From a virus (Duplodnaviria; Heunggongvirae; Uroviricota; Caudoviricetes), in IMG/VR virus record IMGVR_UViG_2671180631_000012: 45,635 nt of DNA; one strand, given 5' to 3'. Made by a program: the position numbers and the translations under genes. The notes beneath the pieces are model-generated. The model saw only the letters and a program-made list of their open reading frames with translations. It searched no databases and was not told where the DNA came from. Within the stretch, counting starts at the first letter, position 1. Each line of letters opens with the position of its first letter. Shown here one piece after another: positions 14,484-24,971 of the stretch.

Positions 14484-15623
14484 TTAACCAAGAATCAGAC
14501 AACCATGTGCCGGCTTCACTGATGAAACACCCCATGCCAGTCCAACTTCATAGCGCACCTGGCGATACTGACGATACAGTGCAATCTGGAACGTAATCCC
14601 TGAAATCGGGTCCGTAACATTCATTACATCATCAGCATTATCGCCACCTTCCGGCATTGCCGGAGTACGGGATGCCAGCAGAAACGCGTTGCGATCAAAC
14701 GCCATATTTGCAGTAAAGGCCCCAACAACTGTGATGGCAGTATCATCGGCCAGATCCTGACGCAGTCCGGGCGCTGCAAGAGTAATCAGATTGCTGGTCG
14801 CTGCTGCCACAACATACTGATTCGGATCACCAGCGAACGTAACAATCTGACCTGCAGAAATACTCCCCGAACCAGTATCAATGGAAATAAGAACATCGCC
14901 TTCTTTTTTCTCTCCATTCACGAGATAACCAGTTGCAGCAACCTTTGGCGCTCGTTTCACACCTGCCGAACTGTGAATATTGAATCCCTCCAGACGCCCC
15001 AACACGCCCTCACGCAGTAGCTGTTCAGTGCCGGATTCATTCACTTTAAACAATACAGACTGTTTTCCGCGCAAATTAGCAATGGCAGTGGAGCCAAGCA
15101 CCATCTGCAGATCGGTTGTCGGTGCGCCGTTATCCTCCAGAACCTGACGAGCCAGAGCAGCATCAGAAAGATCATCTTTAACACCAAACGGCGTTGTCCC
15201 TGCGGTTCCCACGGCGCGGGAAGCACCGAAATACAACGCACCAAGATCAGCCTCAACCTCGTTTGCAAGGGCGCGAAAAGCCTGCTTGAACTGATCAGCC
15301 AGAATGGTGTTGTAAGTCCCTGAAGGGCCAAGAGCCAGTTGTTCTTCACCATTCCATTTAACCGGTGCCATTTTGGATTTAGTAATTTTTACATCAACAG
15401 TGCCAATATTTTGATCACCGGTATTCGGAGCTGACGGCCCCGGTACGATATCTTCGGTTTTCGCCTCAGGCGCAACTGGCGCGGTTACCGTCTGATCTTT
15501 TGCTGCGGCGTCAGCTTTTGCGTTTTTTGCTACCGCAGGGATAAAACCTACCTGCTCACGGGATACAACATCCAGGGCGGTATAAATAGTCGGGATCAAC
15601 CCGGTCAGGGTATTTCCAGCCAT
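14484..15623 (-). CDS. Major capsid protein
   Basis: ORF 14484-15716; likely start is the internal Met (MAGNTLTGLIPTIYTALDVV...) preceded by AAGGAAT; about 380 aa, follows the scaffold gene. Confidence 0.65.
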   Translation of the reverse strand: MAGNTLTGLIPTIYTALDVVSREQVGFIPAVAKNAKADAAAKDQTVTAPVAPEAKTEDIVPGPSAPNTGDQNIGTVDVKITKSKMAPVKWNGEEQLALGPSGTYNTILADQFKQAFRALANEVEADLGALYFGASRAVGTAGTTPFGVKDDLSDAALARQVLEDNGAPTTDLQMVLGSTAIANLRGKQSVLFKVNESGTEQLLREGVLGRLEGFNIHSSAGVKRAPKVAATGYLVNGEKKEGDVLISIDTGSGSISAGQIVTFAGDPNQYVVAAATSNLITLAAPGLRQDLADDTAITVVGAFTANMAFDRNAFLLASRTPAMPEGGDNADDVMNVTDPISGITFQIALYRQYRQVRYEVGLAWGVSSVKPAHGCLILG

Positions 15624-15721
15624 AATTAAATATTCCTTAAAAATTTGCGTAATTGTGAATAGATGGAGTAATGAGCTATCCAGCCCTGACACCAGCTCCC
15701 ATCCGGAAGCTGACAAATGTG

Positions 15722-16486
15722 TTAATCAACGATTGTGATACCGTCTTTCAATGCGTTTTGCTTACCTGCAACATCCAGTGCATCAAAAGCAGAGCGTTTC
15801 ATCGTTTTCTGACCAATATCATGCTGTGTCGGACGGGAGCCGCCGCCATTGTTGCCACTGGCTTTCAGGATGTAGTCTTTCTGAGGGTAATTTTCGACAA
15901 GGAACTCCAGCGCCTCATCAAACTGCGCCAGTTCGCCAGGCTTCGCGCGGGAATAAATTTTGTTGCCGGAAGCGTCATAAGCAACGATCCTCCCTTCTTC
16001 CACTTTGAATGCCTGCCCGAAGCGGGCTTGTAATAAATCTGCCGGGATCGCAATTTTATCGGCAATATATTTTGAACCCGCAAAACTACCGCCAATCATA
16101 GAATCGTAAAGCTGCTTCTCCAGCATCTGAGAGCGTTGCTTTTCTTCATCTAATTGCTGCTGAAAATTTTTCGTAATTTCTGCCTTAACCTGGTCAACCT
16201 GTCCCGCATCGAGCAGCTTTTTCTGGTCGATTTTTGACAGCATTTCCAGTGCCTCGATCGCCTTCTTCGGGTCTTCGATAGCGGCAAACTTAGCCAGTTT
16301 TTCCTCTGCAGCTTCTTTAGCCAGGCGATGATTTTTTGCCTCGCCATTAAGCTCTGTAATTTTTTTTGTCGCCAGCGGTGCATCGAAGCCAATTTCTTTA
16401 CCATCGTCGTGCACATAAACTGGCAGGCCAGCAGTATCAATTTCTGCGTATTGTTTTCCGTTAATCTCGACCGTTTTCAGTTTCAT
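15722..16486 (-). CDS. Scaffolding protein
   Basis: Acidic, coiled-coil-rich ORF between head morphogenesis and capsid genes; probable start MKLKTVEINGKQYAEID. Confidence 0.6.
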   Translation of the reverse strand: MKLKTVEINGKQYAEIDTAGLPVYVHDDGKEIGFDAPLATKKITELNGEAKNHRLAKEAAEEKLAKFAAIEDPKKAIEALEMLSKIDQKKLLDAGQVDQVKAEITKNFQQQLDEEKQRSQMLEKQLYDSMIGGSFAGSKYIADKIAIPADLLQARFGQAFKVEEGRIVAYDASGNKIYSRAKPGELAQFDEALEFLVENYPQKDYILKASGNNGGGSRPTQHDIGQKTMKRSAFDALDVAGKQNALKDGITIVD

Positions 16487-16540
16487 ATTAGTACCTGGTT
16501 TAAGTCTTCCGACAGTTACGCTGCTCACCATCCGGATCGC

Positions 16541-16570
16541 AGCAATAAAAAAGGCCACCCGAAGGTAGCC
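16541..16570 (-). terminator. Intrinsic terminator between head morphogenesis and scaffold genes
   Basis: Minus strand GGCUACC-UUCG-GGUGGCC (7-bp stem, one G-U pair, UUCG loop) followed by UUUUUUAUU. Confidence 0.6.
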
Positions 16571-16590
16571 TGTTGTAATAAATGATTTAT

Positions 16591-17706
16591 TTAAATCCCT
16601 GCTTTTCTGAATACCTGTGCATCACGCTCACGGAGCTGCTTCAGCGTCAGCCATTCGCCTTTATCGGTGTAAAATTCATCTGGCGACATACCACCATCCC
16701 GAATCAGCTTTGCTCGGCTTTCCCCCACAATCTGTTTTTGTCTGGTGTAAGGCTGACGCAAAAACCATTCCCTGTAGGTTGTATCTCCGGCCACCACGCC
16801 ATCCATGCTGGCCCGCTCAGCCGGGGAAATATCGCGAACATCAATACCCAGTTCCTTCGCTGATTTCAGAATGAACGTTTCCGTTGAGCGGCAGCAGAAA
16901 TGAATTTTTCCCGGCCCCTGCAAATAAGGCACGCTGTGACCTACAGGTTTATTATTCAGCGTATATTTGAGGCGATCCCTGATTCGACATTGTGGCGTAG
17001 TACGATTATCAAGCGTTGATAACCATTGCTTACCCTTAATCAAATCATTATTCGCGCTGGCAAAACTCTCACGGGCAGTAGCAGCAAGATGTCCAACCGC
17101 TGTTTTTGCAATGCTGGCCGCATTAGCCCGGCTCATCTGCAATGCACCATCCTGAAATCCCTTACTGACATGTCCCCGAATTTTTCTTGCGATCTGCTCA
17201 TTGGTATCCCCCAGCAAAAAACCCTGACGCACTGTATTTGTTATGCGTCTGAGCCGATCCGCCTCAAGATCTGAGGCCCACTCACTGAGCAGTCGTCCCT
17301 GGAATGGTCGCGCCATTGCAGCGGCATAAAGTGCATCAGGAGAGATACCAACCAGAGGGTGAACATCAGCAACAAAATCAGGTAGCATAGAATCAAACAG
17401 ACTTAACTGATAACCAGCCTCATAAATTGCCAGCTCGTTCAGCTCTCCGGAGAGACTGGTAAACATGCTGTTAATAGCAGTGCGGTTAACCTCTCTGACG
17501 CTCGCCAGAAGTGACTCCAGGCGCTTAACGGTAAAACTACCTGGATCGAGGCTGTCCAGTGCTATCAGCAGGCGAGCAGTAAGTTCCGCATCGCTGTCAT
17601 TCAGTATTTTCACCATTCTGGCAGCCACGCCAGTGCTATAGCGGGATATCCAGACTGCATGAGCAATTGATTCATCACGCAGCCGTTCATTCACGGTTTG
17701 CATCAT
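16591..17706 (-). CDS. Head morphogenesis protein (Mu F / SPP1 gp7-like minor head protein)
   Basis: 371-aa ORF directly downstream of the portal gene; family assigned from recalled sequence features and position. Confidence 0.6.
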   Translation of the reverse strand: MMQTVNERLRDESIAHAVWISRYSTGVAARMVKILNDSDAELTARLLIALDSLDPGSFTVKRLESLLASVREVNRTAINSMFTSLSGELNELAIYEAGYQLSLFDSMLPDFVADVHPLVGISPDALYAAAMARPFQGRLLSEWASDLEADRLRRITNTVRQGFLLGDTNEQIARKIRGHVSKGFQDGALQMSRANAASIAKTAVGHLAATARESFASANNDLIKGKQWLSTLDNRTTPQCRIRDRLKYTLNNKPVGHSVPYLQGPGKIHFCCRSTETFILKSAKELGIDVRDISPAERASMDGVVAGDTTYREWFLRQPYTRQKQIVGESRAKLIRDGGMSPDEFYTDKGEWLTLKQLRERDAQVFRKAGI

Positions 17707-19093
17707 TGATTTCCATCAGCATTACACTCTGATTTTTTAATTCATCGATCACTTCCTCTGGACGGGAATCCTGATCGATAAATTTCAACGCCTGCAACAC
17801 CCGAACCGCATCAATCTGACGTATATCACCGCCCTGACGCAATGACTGAACAGCCAGCGCGGAGGATGAGTCAAACACCTGGGCAGATACATCCAGTTCA
17901 GTGCGCACATCCACATTGCCACCGCAACTCTCTCCGATCCATTCCGCCATTATCTGGAGAATATTATCGAGGGCATCTTCGAGGGAGTTCGCCATTGTAT
18001 AAAGCGGCGAGTTTTCCTGCATTCGCTCTTCATTAGTCTGATCAACAGATTTGGTGGATGTATTTTCAGCACGCAGAAGTTTAGCGCCGGCATGACGCAT
18101 CTGATTTTCCAGCTTCTCAAGTGATGTTTCGCCAGATTCTATCGCTGCGCCACTATGTTCAACATATTCGAGGCCATTTTTTGTTCTGTCCTCAAAAATC
18201 GTAGCGGTGGATGCACCAACCGTCAGTTCTTCATTCCTGTCCAGCCCGTAGGCCACCAGCAATGGAACGCGGGCAACATGAAGAATATTGTCCTGCTCGC
18301 TCTGGCTTTGCCAGTGCTTGATATTCAGCAAGCCAAGATTAAGCAATGGCGGTGTACCACGCATAAATCCTGTTTTCTTCGTGTACAGTGTTACCAGAGG
18401 AATATCATCACGGCTGGTATTCCATGACTCATGAAGCGTCCAGACAGATTCGCCATTAGTGCCTTCGCTACGTCGATAAATTTCAACTCGACGGGGCATA
18501 ATATGGCGGATCTGCTCCACCTTCTTCTGCCCGAAATCATCACCATCAATAATGATGACCTCTTTTATACGCAAATCAGTGAGAACAACTTTCCCTTTTT
18601 CAACTTTCGATTTCCATCCAATAACCTGGCGTGGATTCAGCATCGTAACGTACGGACGACCACCGGTCGCGTTTTCATCGGCTTTTGTCCGAATCTCTTT
18701 CATATCCGTTCGTGGATAGTCCACCAGCGCATGTGCCACACCATACTGAAATGCGAGGCTGAAAAATTGCTGCGCCCACACATCCAGTCGGCTCCCCTCC
18801 ATGTCGATATTTTCTGCATATTCCCTGATTTTTGCCGGCGTTTCCTCACTCAATACTGTCGGCTCTGCAAATATGCGCCCAATATTTTGCTTGATGCTTT
18901 CTTCATACACAGGAAGTAGCGTAGCCACAGACAGGCGTTTTTTATAAGCGTCTTCATCTTCGTTAGGCCATTTTGGGAGATAATTTTCCCCCTGCCTGCG
19001 CATTTCAAGCGTACCGCCCATCAGTGCGTCGTTAATATCCCACGCCTCCAGCATATCGTTATAGTCGAGGTTGGGTGTTGATATATCAGCCAT
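17687..19093 (-). CDS. Portal protein
   Basis: 468-aa ORF immediately downstream of the large terminase; size and position typical. Confidence 0.7.
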   Translation of the reverse strand: MADISTPNLDYNDMLEAWDINDALMGGTLEMRRQGENYLPKWPNEDEDAYKKRLSVATLLPVYEESIKQNIGRIFAEPTVLSEETPAKIREYAENIDMEGSRLDVWAQQFFSLAFQYGVAHALVDYPRTDMKEIRTKADENATGGRPYVTMLNPRQVIGWKSKVEKGKVVLTDLRIKEVIIIDGDDFGQKKVEQIRHIMPRRVEIYRRSEGTNGESVWTLHESWNTSRDDIPLVTLYTKKTGFMRGTPPLLNLGLLNIKHWQSQSEQDNILHVARVPLLVAYGLDRNEELTVGASTATIFEDRTKNGLEYVEHSGAAIESGETSLEKLENQMRHAGAKLLRAENTSTKSVDQTNEERMQENSPLYTMANSLEDALDNILQIMAEWIGESCGGNVDVRTELDVSAQVFDSSSALAVQSLRQGGDIRQIDAVRVLQALKFIDQDSRPEEVIDELKNQSVMLMEINDANRE

Positions 19094-19095
19094 AA

Positions 19096-20406
19096 TTAAA
19101 TCCGAAGTGATGTGACTCTTCCGGTCGGTTTGACAATAGGGAATTGCTTAACGATGAAATAACCTCCGGCATCATTCGGGTGATCATTGCCAGATTTTTT
19201 ATCAGGCTCCCCCTTCTCATCCCAGACCTGTTGCTCCAGAGATTCGGCATATAACGGGCAACGCTTCACATTAACTTTATAGCGACGCTCACCATTGGCA
19301 TTGCAGAACATTGCATTCATTGAGTTAACGCGATCTTTTACTGGCGGGTTCGAGCTGTTCACCACAACGTTAAAACCAGCCTGCTTAAGCTGGGCTATAT
19401 CCGTCGTACTTGCGTTACTTGATTTTCTGGAATCCCCGGAAGCATCTGGATAAATATAAATTTCCCTCACTTTCCGGTAATCATTCCCATCATACAGCCA
19501 GAAGCGTTCTTTAATGATGCGGATCATATCCGGCGTATCGTAGGCATTGATGATTTCAGTTACCGCACATGGAAGCCCCAAACGCAGCACATGGACGATT
19601 CCCGCCATCTTTCCAACGTTAAAATCCATCCCAATATAAATCGGCTCCCCTGGCTGCTCCACTTCTTCGCAATTATTCAGTTTCCGGTCAAACTGATGGT
19701 AAACAGTACCACTTGTCAGGTTAGTAAACTGTCCTCGAAGATAGGCTTTAATCAGCTCTGGAGGGTATGATTCAAGAAGCGAAGGAATGTAATCTGCTGG
19801 CAGGTTCTTTTCATTATCGAAAGTAGATGCCTGCACCAGACCATACAGTGAGGCCAGCTCTGTTTTTTCACGCACGGCTTTAACAAACTGCTCGTAGACA
19901 AATTTGAATCCTTCCGGCGTGGTTGTAACGTCAATACCGTTGCGAAGTCCATCAATCTTATAACGCATACGTGCAATTATCTTGCGCCACGCCGTTCTGG
20001 CTTTTTCCTTCGGCAAAATGTCCAGTTCATCCACCAACGCATTACCAATTTTGAAACCGACGATCGTTTGTGGCTTCTCCATCGATCTGCAGATAGTGGT
20101 TCCCCGATACTGGCGTCCGTAATAAAAGTGAACCTCTTTATTTCCCTCATTAATTTTTACGTTCAATCCCCAGTCAGCAGCAACTTCTTCCACTGTAGGG
20201 TAAAAAATATCGCGAATTTGGGGATACGTTGGCGCAAAATATCCCTGATTTATACCTGGATGCTCCCAAATCCCCTTGCATATGCCGCCACACCCAACCC
20301 ATGTTTTGCCCGAGCCAAAACCAGCAATATAGGCTTTAAATTTATGGGGCATTGAAAGAAATCGCGCCTGAGGCACATTAAGCGTCGGAGAGATCATCTT
20401 CATCAC
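19096..20406 (-). CDS. Terminase large subunit
   Basis: 436-aa ORF with Walker A-like GFGSGKT near the N-terminus; follows the small terminase. Confidence 0.8.
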   Translation of the reverse strand: MMKMISPTLNVPQARFLSMPHKFKAYIAGFGSGKTWVGCGGICKGIWEHPGINQGYFAPTYPQIRDIFYPTVEEVAADWGLNVKINEGNKEVHFYYGRQYRGTTICRSMEKPQTIVGFKIGNALVDELDILPKEKARTAWRKIIARMRYKIDGLRNGIDVTTTPEGFKFVYEQFVKAVREKTELASLYGLVQASTFDNEKNLPADYIPSLLESYPPELIKAYLRGQFTNLTSGTVYHQFDRKLNNCEEVEQPGEPIYIGMDFNVGKMAGIVHVLRLGLPCAVTEIINAYDTPDMIRIIKERFWLYDGNDYRKVREIYIYPDASGDSRKSSNASTTDIAQLKQAGFNVVVNSSNPPVKDRVNSMNAMFCNANGERRYKVNVKRCPLYAESLEQQVWDEKGEPDKKSGNDHPNDAGGYFIVKQFPIVKPTGRVTSLRI

Positions 20407-21472
20407 TCCTTACTCTGGCATCAACCACATTAATATTGATCGCCACAGGCTGGGGATGTTCATTATCTTCCACCGTTTCGATCTCTTTGCGCAGCTTCTG
20501 GTTTTCCATTCTGCGCCGTTCAATTTCCAGTTCCCGTAGCCGCTTATCTGCACATAAAGCCCCGCCAGCAGAAAACAAACGCAACAATTCACGCCGGGCG
20601 GCAGCCTTATCCTCCAGCAGGATCTCAACGCCGAATTTTCCGAATTTTGCCCCTGCATATAATTGCCGCGCATCCCCATCAAGCAGAGTGGTATCAGCCA
20701 TATAAAGCTGTCCCGTTCCCTCACCGCAGCACTTCGGGCAGTCCGGATTGGGTATGGCGTTATCAACAAAGCCGAGGCCTCCATATTCCGGTTCGGGTTT
20801 GCCATCTCTGGAAGCCTGCGCCGCTGCCTTGTCGAATTCTGCTATATCGCGCCACTGGTAGAGATGATTCTCGCCCCAGCAATAACGGCAGTTAACACGG
20901 CGAAATTGTGCAAGCTGATTGGGGTCGGCCAGGACAATAGCCATCAACTGACTCACTAGTAAATCCAGGTCTGCGGTATAGCGTTTCTGGTACTGATTGC
21001 GGAAGTAGCTGATAGCGCGAAAAACCCTGGCATTTCTAAGCATACGACTGGCGTTGCTGTTAGCTGTCGCACCTTGCCCCTCATAACCGGCTAGTCGGTA
21101 CGCCTCTGTCGGCTTTTTACCCTGAGCAACAAGCATCGCAAACTTAGCCTGCTGGTCAGAAATGCCGAATTCATCGGGACAGAACGAAAATTCCTCCGCG
21201 TCGCCCTCATTCAGGCCCGCATCGAATACTGGCTTTTTTTCCTGAGATTTTTCGTTCCGCTTTTGTGCAGTCTGCGCAGATTTTTTCTGCGCACTTTTTT
21301 GCGCAGTTTTGCACATTTCTGTCTGCGCATTTTTCGGAGTTTTTTTGATGTAACGACGGGCTGTTGCGTAATTCAGTCCCCTTGCTTCACACCATGCCAC
21401 CGGAGATATACCGGAGCGGGTGTATTCAGCAATATACTCCTGCTGCAACGCCCCCCAGTCCGGTCTGCTCAT
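20378..21472 (-). CDS. Terminase small subunit
   Basis: 364-aa ORF with an N-terminal HTH-like region and basic/acidic C-terminus; immediately upstream of the large terminase. Confidence 0.65.
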   Translation of the reverse strand: MSRPDWGALQQEYIAEYTRSGISPVAWCEARGLNYATARRYIKKTPKNAQTEMCKTAQKSAQKKSAQTAQKRNEKSQEKKPVFDAGLNEGDAEEFSFCPDEFGISDQQAKFAMLVAQGKKPTEAYRLAGYEGQGATANSNASRMLRNARVFRAISYFRNQYQKRYTADLDLLVSQLMAIVLADPNQLAQFRRVNCRYCWGENHLYQWRDIAEFDKAAAQASRDGKPEPEYGGLGFVDNAIPNPDCPKCCGEGTGQLYMADTTLLDGDARQLYAGAKFGKFGVEILLEDKAAARRELLRLFSAGGALCADKRLRELEIERRRMENQKLRKEIETVEDNEHPQPVAININVVDARVRSDEDDLSDA

Positions 21473-21475
21473 CAG

Positions 21476-21685
21476 TTAGTCCTGATTTTTATCCACCCTG
21501 AGTAGTTCGCGCAGAGCAAAGGCATCCCCTTTTCTGGCAAGCTTAAACAATGCCGCTCGTAACTCGGCTTCACCTTTCGCTCTGCCCTTACGGATGGCCG
21601 CATAAAAATCTGTCATTGCTTCCCGATTTTCTTTCAGTCGGTTCAGATCAACATCCAGAACGTCAGCGATTTGTTGTGCAGTCAT
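21476..21685 (-). CDS. Small hypothetical phage protein
   Basis: ORF 21476-21727; start moved to the internal Met (MTAQQIADVLDV...) to avoid overlap with the upstream gene. Confidence 0.4.
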   Translation of the reverse strand: MTAQQIADVLDVDLNRLKENREAMTDFYAAIRKGRAKGEAELRAALFKLARKGDAFALRELLRVDKNQD

Positions 21686-22613
21686 CCGGCACGCTGCCAG
21701 AGACTCGACTTTCGAATACGGAATCATTTGTCACCCCCATTGATATGCAGGGTGTCTTCTTCCTGTATTTTTCGTGAAGGATTTTTACTGCAGCGTTGTT
21801 CCAGGTGACCTGATGGTGAATGCGTTTATGACTGGCACCCATAAGTGAGATTTTTACGCACGACGGCGCATACATGACGGAGTAAAAACTTTTAACGTAG
21901 GTTCCGGAATCCAGATACAGCTCGGTCATTCCGCCGCTGTTTTTCTGCGTCTGTTTCTGCCCTAACTGGACAGCACCGATCGTCATAAACAATTCACCAC
22001 AGCGACCGAGATTCGTGTACGTATTCACATCCTCGTTAATGCGCCCCATGAATGAGAACGGTCGATCAACCGAACAGATAAAGCTGTTCATTGCCTTGCG
22101 TTTCACCCACGAAGCATGGCCGCCATTGTCACCAAGAAAATCCCCGCCCTGCGACATAGCGATGGAAAGAGCAGGTATTGATTCGTAGTACGCAAGCATT
22201 TCAGAAAGGATCTCATCCAGTTTCCTTATCGGGAAATAGGCCTGGTCATAGTTGCGATCCACCCGAAACTGGAACTCGTGATAATCATCATCGAGCTGAA
22301 TGAAGTATTTACACCCGACCAGTTTTGCCTGGTCGAAACAGGCATTACGGGCGTAAAAAATTGAGCGGCGGTCACTAAAATTATCGGCTTCGTCAAAACG
22401 ACTAGCAATATCGGCTTTGGAAAATACCAGCACCTGTTCACCAAATTCAGCCATGTACTGATGCCGTGTCTTATCTTCATCATCAACAACGATAAAAATT
22501 TTCCCGGTATAGCCAGCACGACGCAACGTCCGGTAAGTCAGAACTTTGTCCGGTCGCCCGTGAGTCAGAATAAAGGCGCAAAAATCATCACGCATATTCC
22601 TCCTCCCCGCCAT
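21663..22613 (-). CDS. Uncharacterised protein with possible GT-A glycosyltransferase-like motifs
   Basis: 316 aa; N-terminus FILTHGRPDKVL...IFIVVDDED resembles the GT-A Rossmann start; a later IQLDDDY resembles a DxD motif. Overlaps the ParB-like gene by 26 nt. Confidence 0.4.
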   Translation of the reverse strand: MAGRRNMRDDFCAFILTHGRPDKVLTYRTLRRAGYTGKIFIVVDDEDKTRHQYMAEFGEQVLVFSKADIASRFDEADNFSDRRSIFYARNACFDQAKLVGCKYFIQLDDDYHEFQFRVDRNYDQAYFPIRKLDEILSEMLAYYESIPALSIAMSQGGDFLGDNGGHASWVKRKAMNSFICSVDRPFSFMGRINEDVNTYTNLGRCGELFMTIGAVQLGQKQTQKNSGGMTELYLDSGTYVKSFYSVMYAPSCVKISLMGASHKRIHHQVTWNNAAVKILHEKYRKKTPCISMGVTNDSVFESRVSGSVPDDCTTNR

Positions 22614-23376
22614 GCATGATCTCCACCATGCGCTGCGTCATTCGGACAAATCCATTTTCAATAGCCTGCTGATAATCAATGATCACCAGCGCCGACTCCT
22701 CGAAAAGGCACTGAATTTCAGCGGGGGCATGAGCGTAATAGTCCGCAATTCTGCTGAAATTAAACACCGTGTGACGTTCTGCTGCACACAGGAGGAATTT
22801 CTCAATATCAGGATCAAGGGACGCCGAACGTATCCGGCTGATCAGCTCCTGAGTTTTCGTATCGTCGTACAGTTCACTGATATCCGGTTTACCGCCTGAC
22901 GGCTCATAAACAGGCGTATCAATTTTCGTCGTATACGGCTCCTCCTCATTTCCTGTACCGGGCAAAACATCCGTCAACAGTTCATCAATTTCTGCCGGGA
23001 TGAAGCCTGTCAGGGAGACATCAAAATCAGCATTGATTAGGTCCGACAGCTCCATCCGCAACAGATCTTCATCCCAGCCAGCATTCATCGGCAGGCGATT
23101 ATCTGCCAGGCGGTACGCCTTTTTCTGCTCATCCGTCAGGCCAGACAGAACAATGACCGGAACAGAATCCATTTTGAGCATTTCAGCCGCCATAACACGA
23201 CCGTGACCCGCAATAATTTCGCCCTTTTCGTCAATCAGCACCGGATTAGTCCAGCCGAATTGCTTAATACTTTCTACCAGTTGTGCCACCTGCTCAGTAC
23301 TGTGCGTCCTGGCGTTGTGCGCATACGGTGACAATTCTTGTAATGGGCGATAGACTATCTTTAATTTCTCGCTCAT
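22588..23376 (-). CDS. ParB-like nuclease domain protein
   Basis: 262 aa; N-terminal ParB/Srx-like signature (KIVYRPLQELSPYAHNARTH...NPVLIDEKGEIIAGHGRVMAA). Confidence 0.7.
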   Translation of the reverse strand: MSEKLKIVYRPLQELSPYAHNARTHSTEQVAQLVESIKQFGWTNPVLIDEKGEIIAGHGRVMAAEMLKMDSVPVIVLSGLTDEQKKAYRLADNRLPMNAGWDEDLLRMELSDLINADFDVSLTGFIPAEIDELLTDVLPGTGNEEEPYTTKIDTPVYEPSGGKPDISELYDDTKTQELISRIRSASLDPDIEKFLLCAAERHTVFNFSRIADYYAHAPAEIQCLFEESALVIIDYQQAIENGFVRMTQRMVEIMHGGEEEYA

Positions 23377-23513
23377 ACAGCCTTGCTTTATGAATAAAAC
23401 GCACCCCAGCAGCCAGTGCTACTGGGGGCGGAGGTGTTGCTGGTAAAGTTAGGTATTGGATCAATGAGTGAGTCAACATAATATTAAACTCACAATTATA
23501 AATCAGCCATATA

Positions 23514-24971
23514 TTAGGAGCGCCAAAAAAAACCTGAAAACAATATAATAACAGGATAAATTTCAAGGCGACCAAGAATCATAGCTATGCACATTAAATA
23601 TTTTGCAATGTCATTAAGCACTCCGAATGACGATGCAGTAGCCCCAAAACCTAATCCCATATTATTAATACATGCAGCCACTGTTGCAAATGATGTAAGA
23701 AAATCATATCCCATACCATTTAACACCAGTATAAAAAACACCGTGAAGAGAGTATAAAGAAAAAAGAAACTCCATACAGACCTCATTACACGATCTGTAA
23801 CTATCTTCCCTCCTACATTTACACTCAACAACGCTCTGGGATGAGAAAGCTGATTTATCTCGTGTTTGCTTTGTTTGAAAAGTATAAGAAATCGAAGTGA
23901 CTTAATTCCACCACAGGTTGAACCTATACATCCCCCAAAGAAACTTGACAACAGCAAAAACACTATCGTGTGCGTGGGCCAGTTTGCATAATCCTGCGTA
24001 GCTAAACCATTATCAGTGAGCATGGAGCTGGCAAGAAAAAACGAATGAATAAAACTTCCATGCAAGTCATACATACCTATATGCCAGACCTGGAAAGAGG
24101 TAACAATGATCACCCCTAAGGCTATTAACAGAAAGAAACGAAGTTCAATATCTCTGATTAAAGGTTTTATCGTTTTTCTGCTAATAACAATATACCAAAG
24201 AGTGAAGTTGAAAGCCGATAGCAGGGAAAAAGAACCAGCCACCAGCTCAACCAAATAGTTATTAAAATATCCGATACTCTCGCTATGAGTTGAGAAACCA
24301 CCAAGCGAAACTGTGGAAATCCCGTGACAAATAGCATCAAACAAAGGCATTCCTGCAAGTCTATAACAGACAATACAAGCAATACCTAATAAAGAATAAG
24401 TTATCCACAGTGTCCGTGACGTATCGGCCAGGCGGGGAGTGAGTTTGTCATCCTTAAATGGCCCCGGCATTTCTGACTGATAAAGCTTTGCACCACCAAT
24501 ACCCAATAATGGCAATACTGCAACCGCCAGAACAATAACTCCTAAACCACCTATAAAATTTAACTGTGACCGATAGTACAAATATGCCCGAGGTAATGAA
24601 CTAACATCATCAATTACAGTTGCTCCTGTTGTTGTTATTCCAGAAACCCCTTCAAACAGAGCATCAATGAACGTTAAATTAAGTTCTGAGTCAATCCATA
24701 AAGGGAATGCACTAATAACAGAAAACAAAATCCAAAACATTACAATTATAATAAACCCATCACGGGTACGTAATTGAATGCCAGATTTCTTAGTTGTATA
24801 CCACGCTCCGCCACCAATGCAAAAAAATATAACGAAAGTTATAAAGAAAACGAACAGGCTTTTTTCTTTATAAAACAATGCTACAACCATTGGTGGCAAC
24901 ATTGAAAGACTATAGAGCCAAACCAGGAACCCACACATATGAGTAACAACTCTTACATGAGATGTATTCAT
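23514..24971 (-). CDS. trkG: Trk-system potassium uptake protein TrkG (TrkH family)
   Basis: Polytopic membrane ORF; from the internal start MNTSHVRVVTHMCGFLVWLYS it is 485 aa, matching the recalled Rac-prophage trkG; AT-rich codon usage. Confidence 0.85.
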   Translation of the reverse strand: MNTSHVRVVTHMCGFLVWLYSLSMLPPMVVALFYKEKSLFVFFITFVIFFCIGGGAWYTTKKSGIQLRTRDGFIIIVMFWILFSVISAFPLWIDSELNLTFIDALFEGVSGITTTGATVIDDVSSLPRAYLYYRSQLNFIGGLGVIVLAVAVLPLLGIGGAKLYQSEMPGPFKDDKLTPRLADTSRTLWITYSLLGIACIVCYRLAGMPLFDAICHGISTVSLGGFSTHSESIGYFNNYLVELVAGSFSLLSAFNFTLWYIVISRKTIKPLIRDIELRFFLLIALGVIIVTSFQVWHIGMYDLHGSFIHSFFLASSMLTDNGLATQDYANWPTHTIVFLLLSSFFGGCIGSTCGGIKSLRFLILFKQSKHEINQLSHPRALLSVNVGGKIVTDRVMRSVWSFFFLYTLFTVFFILVLNGMGYDFLTSFATVAACINNMGLGFGATASSFGVLNDIAKYLMCIAMILGRLEIYPVIILFSGFFWRS

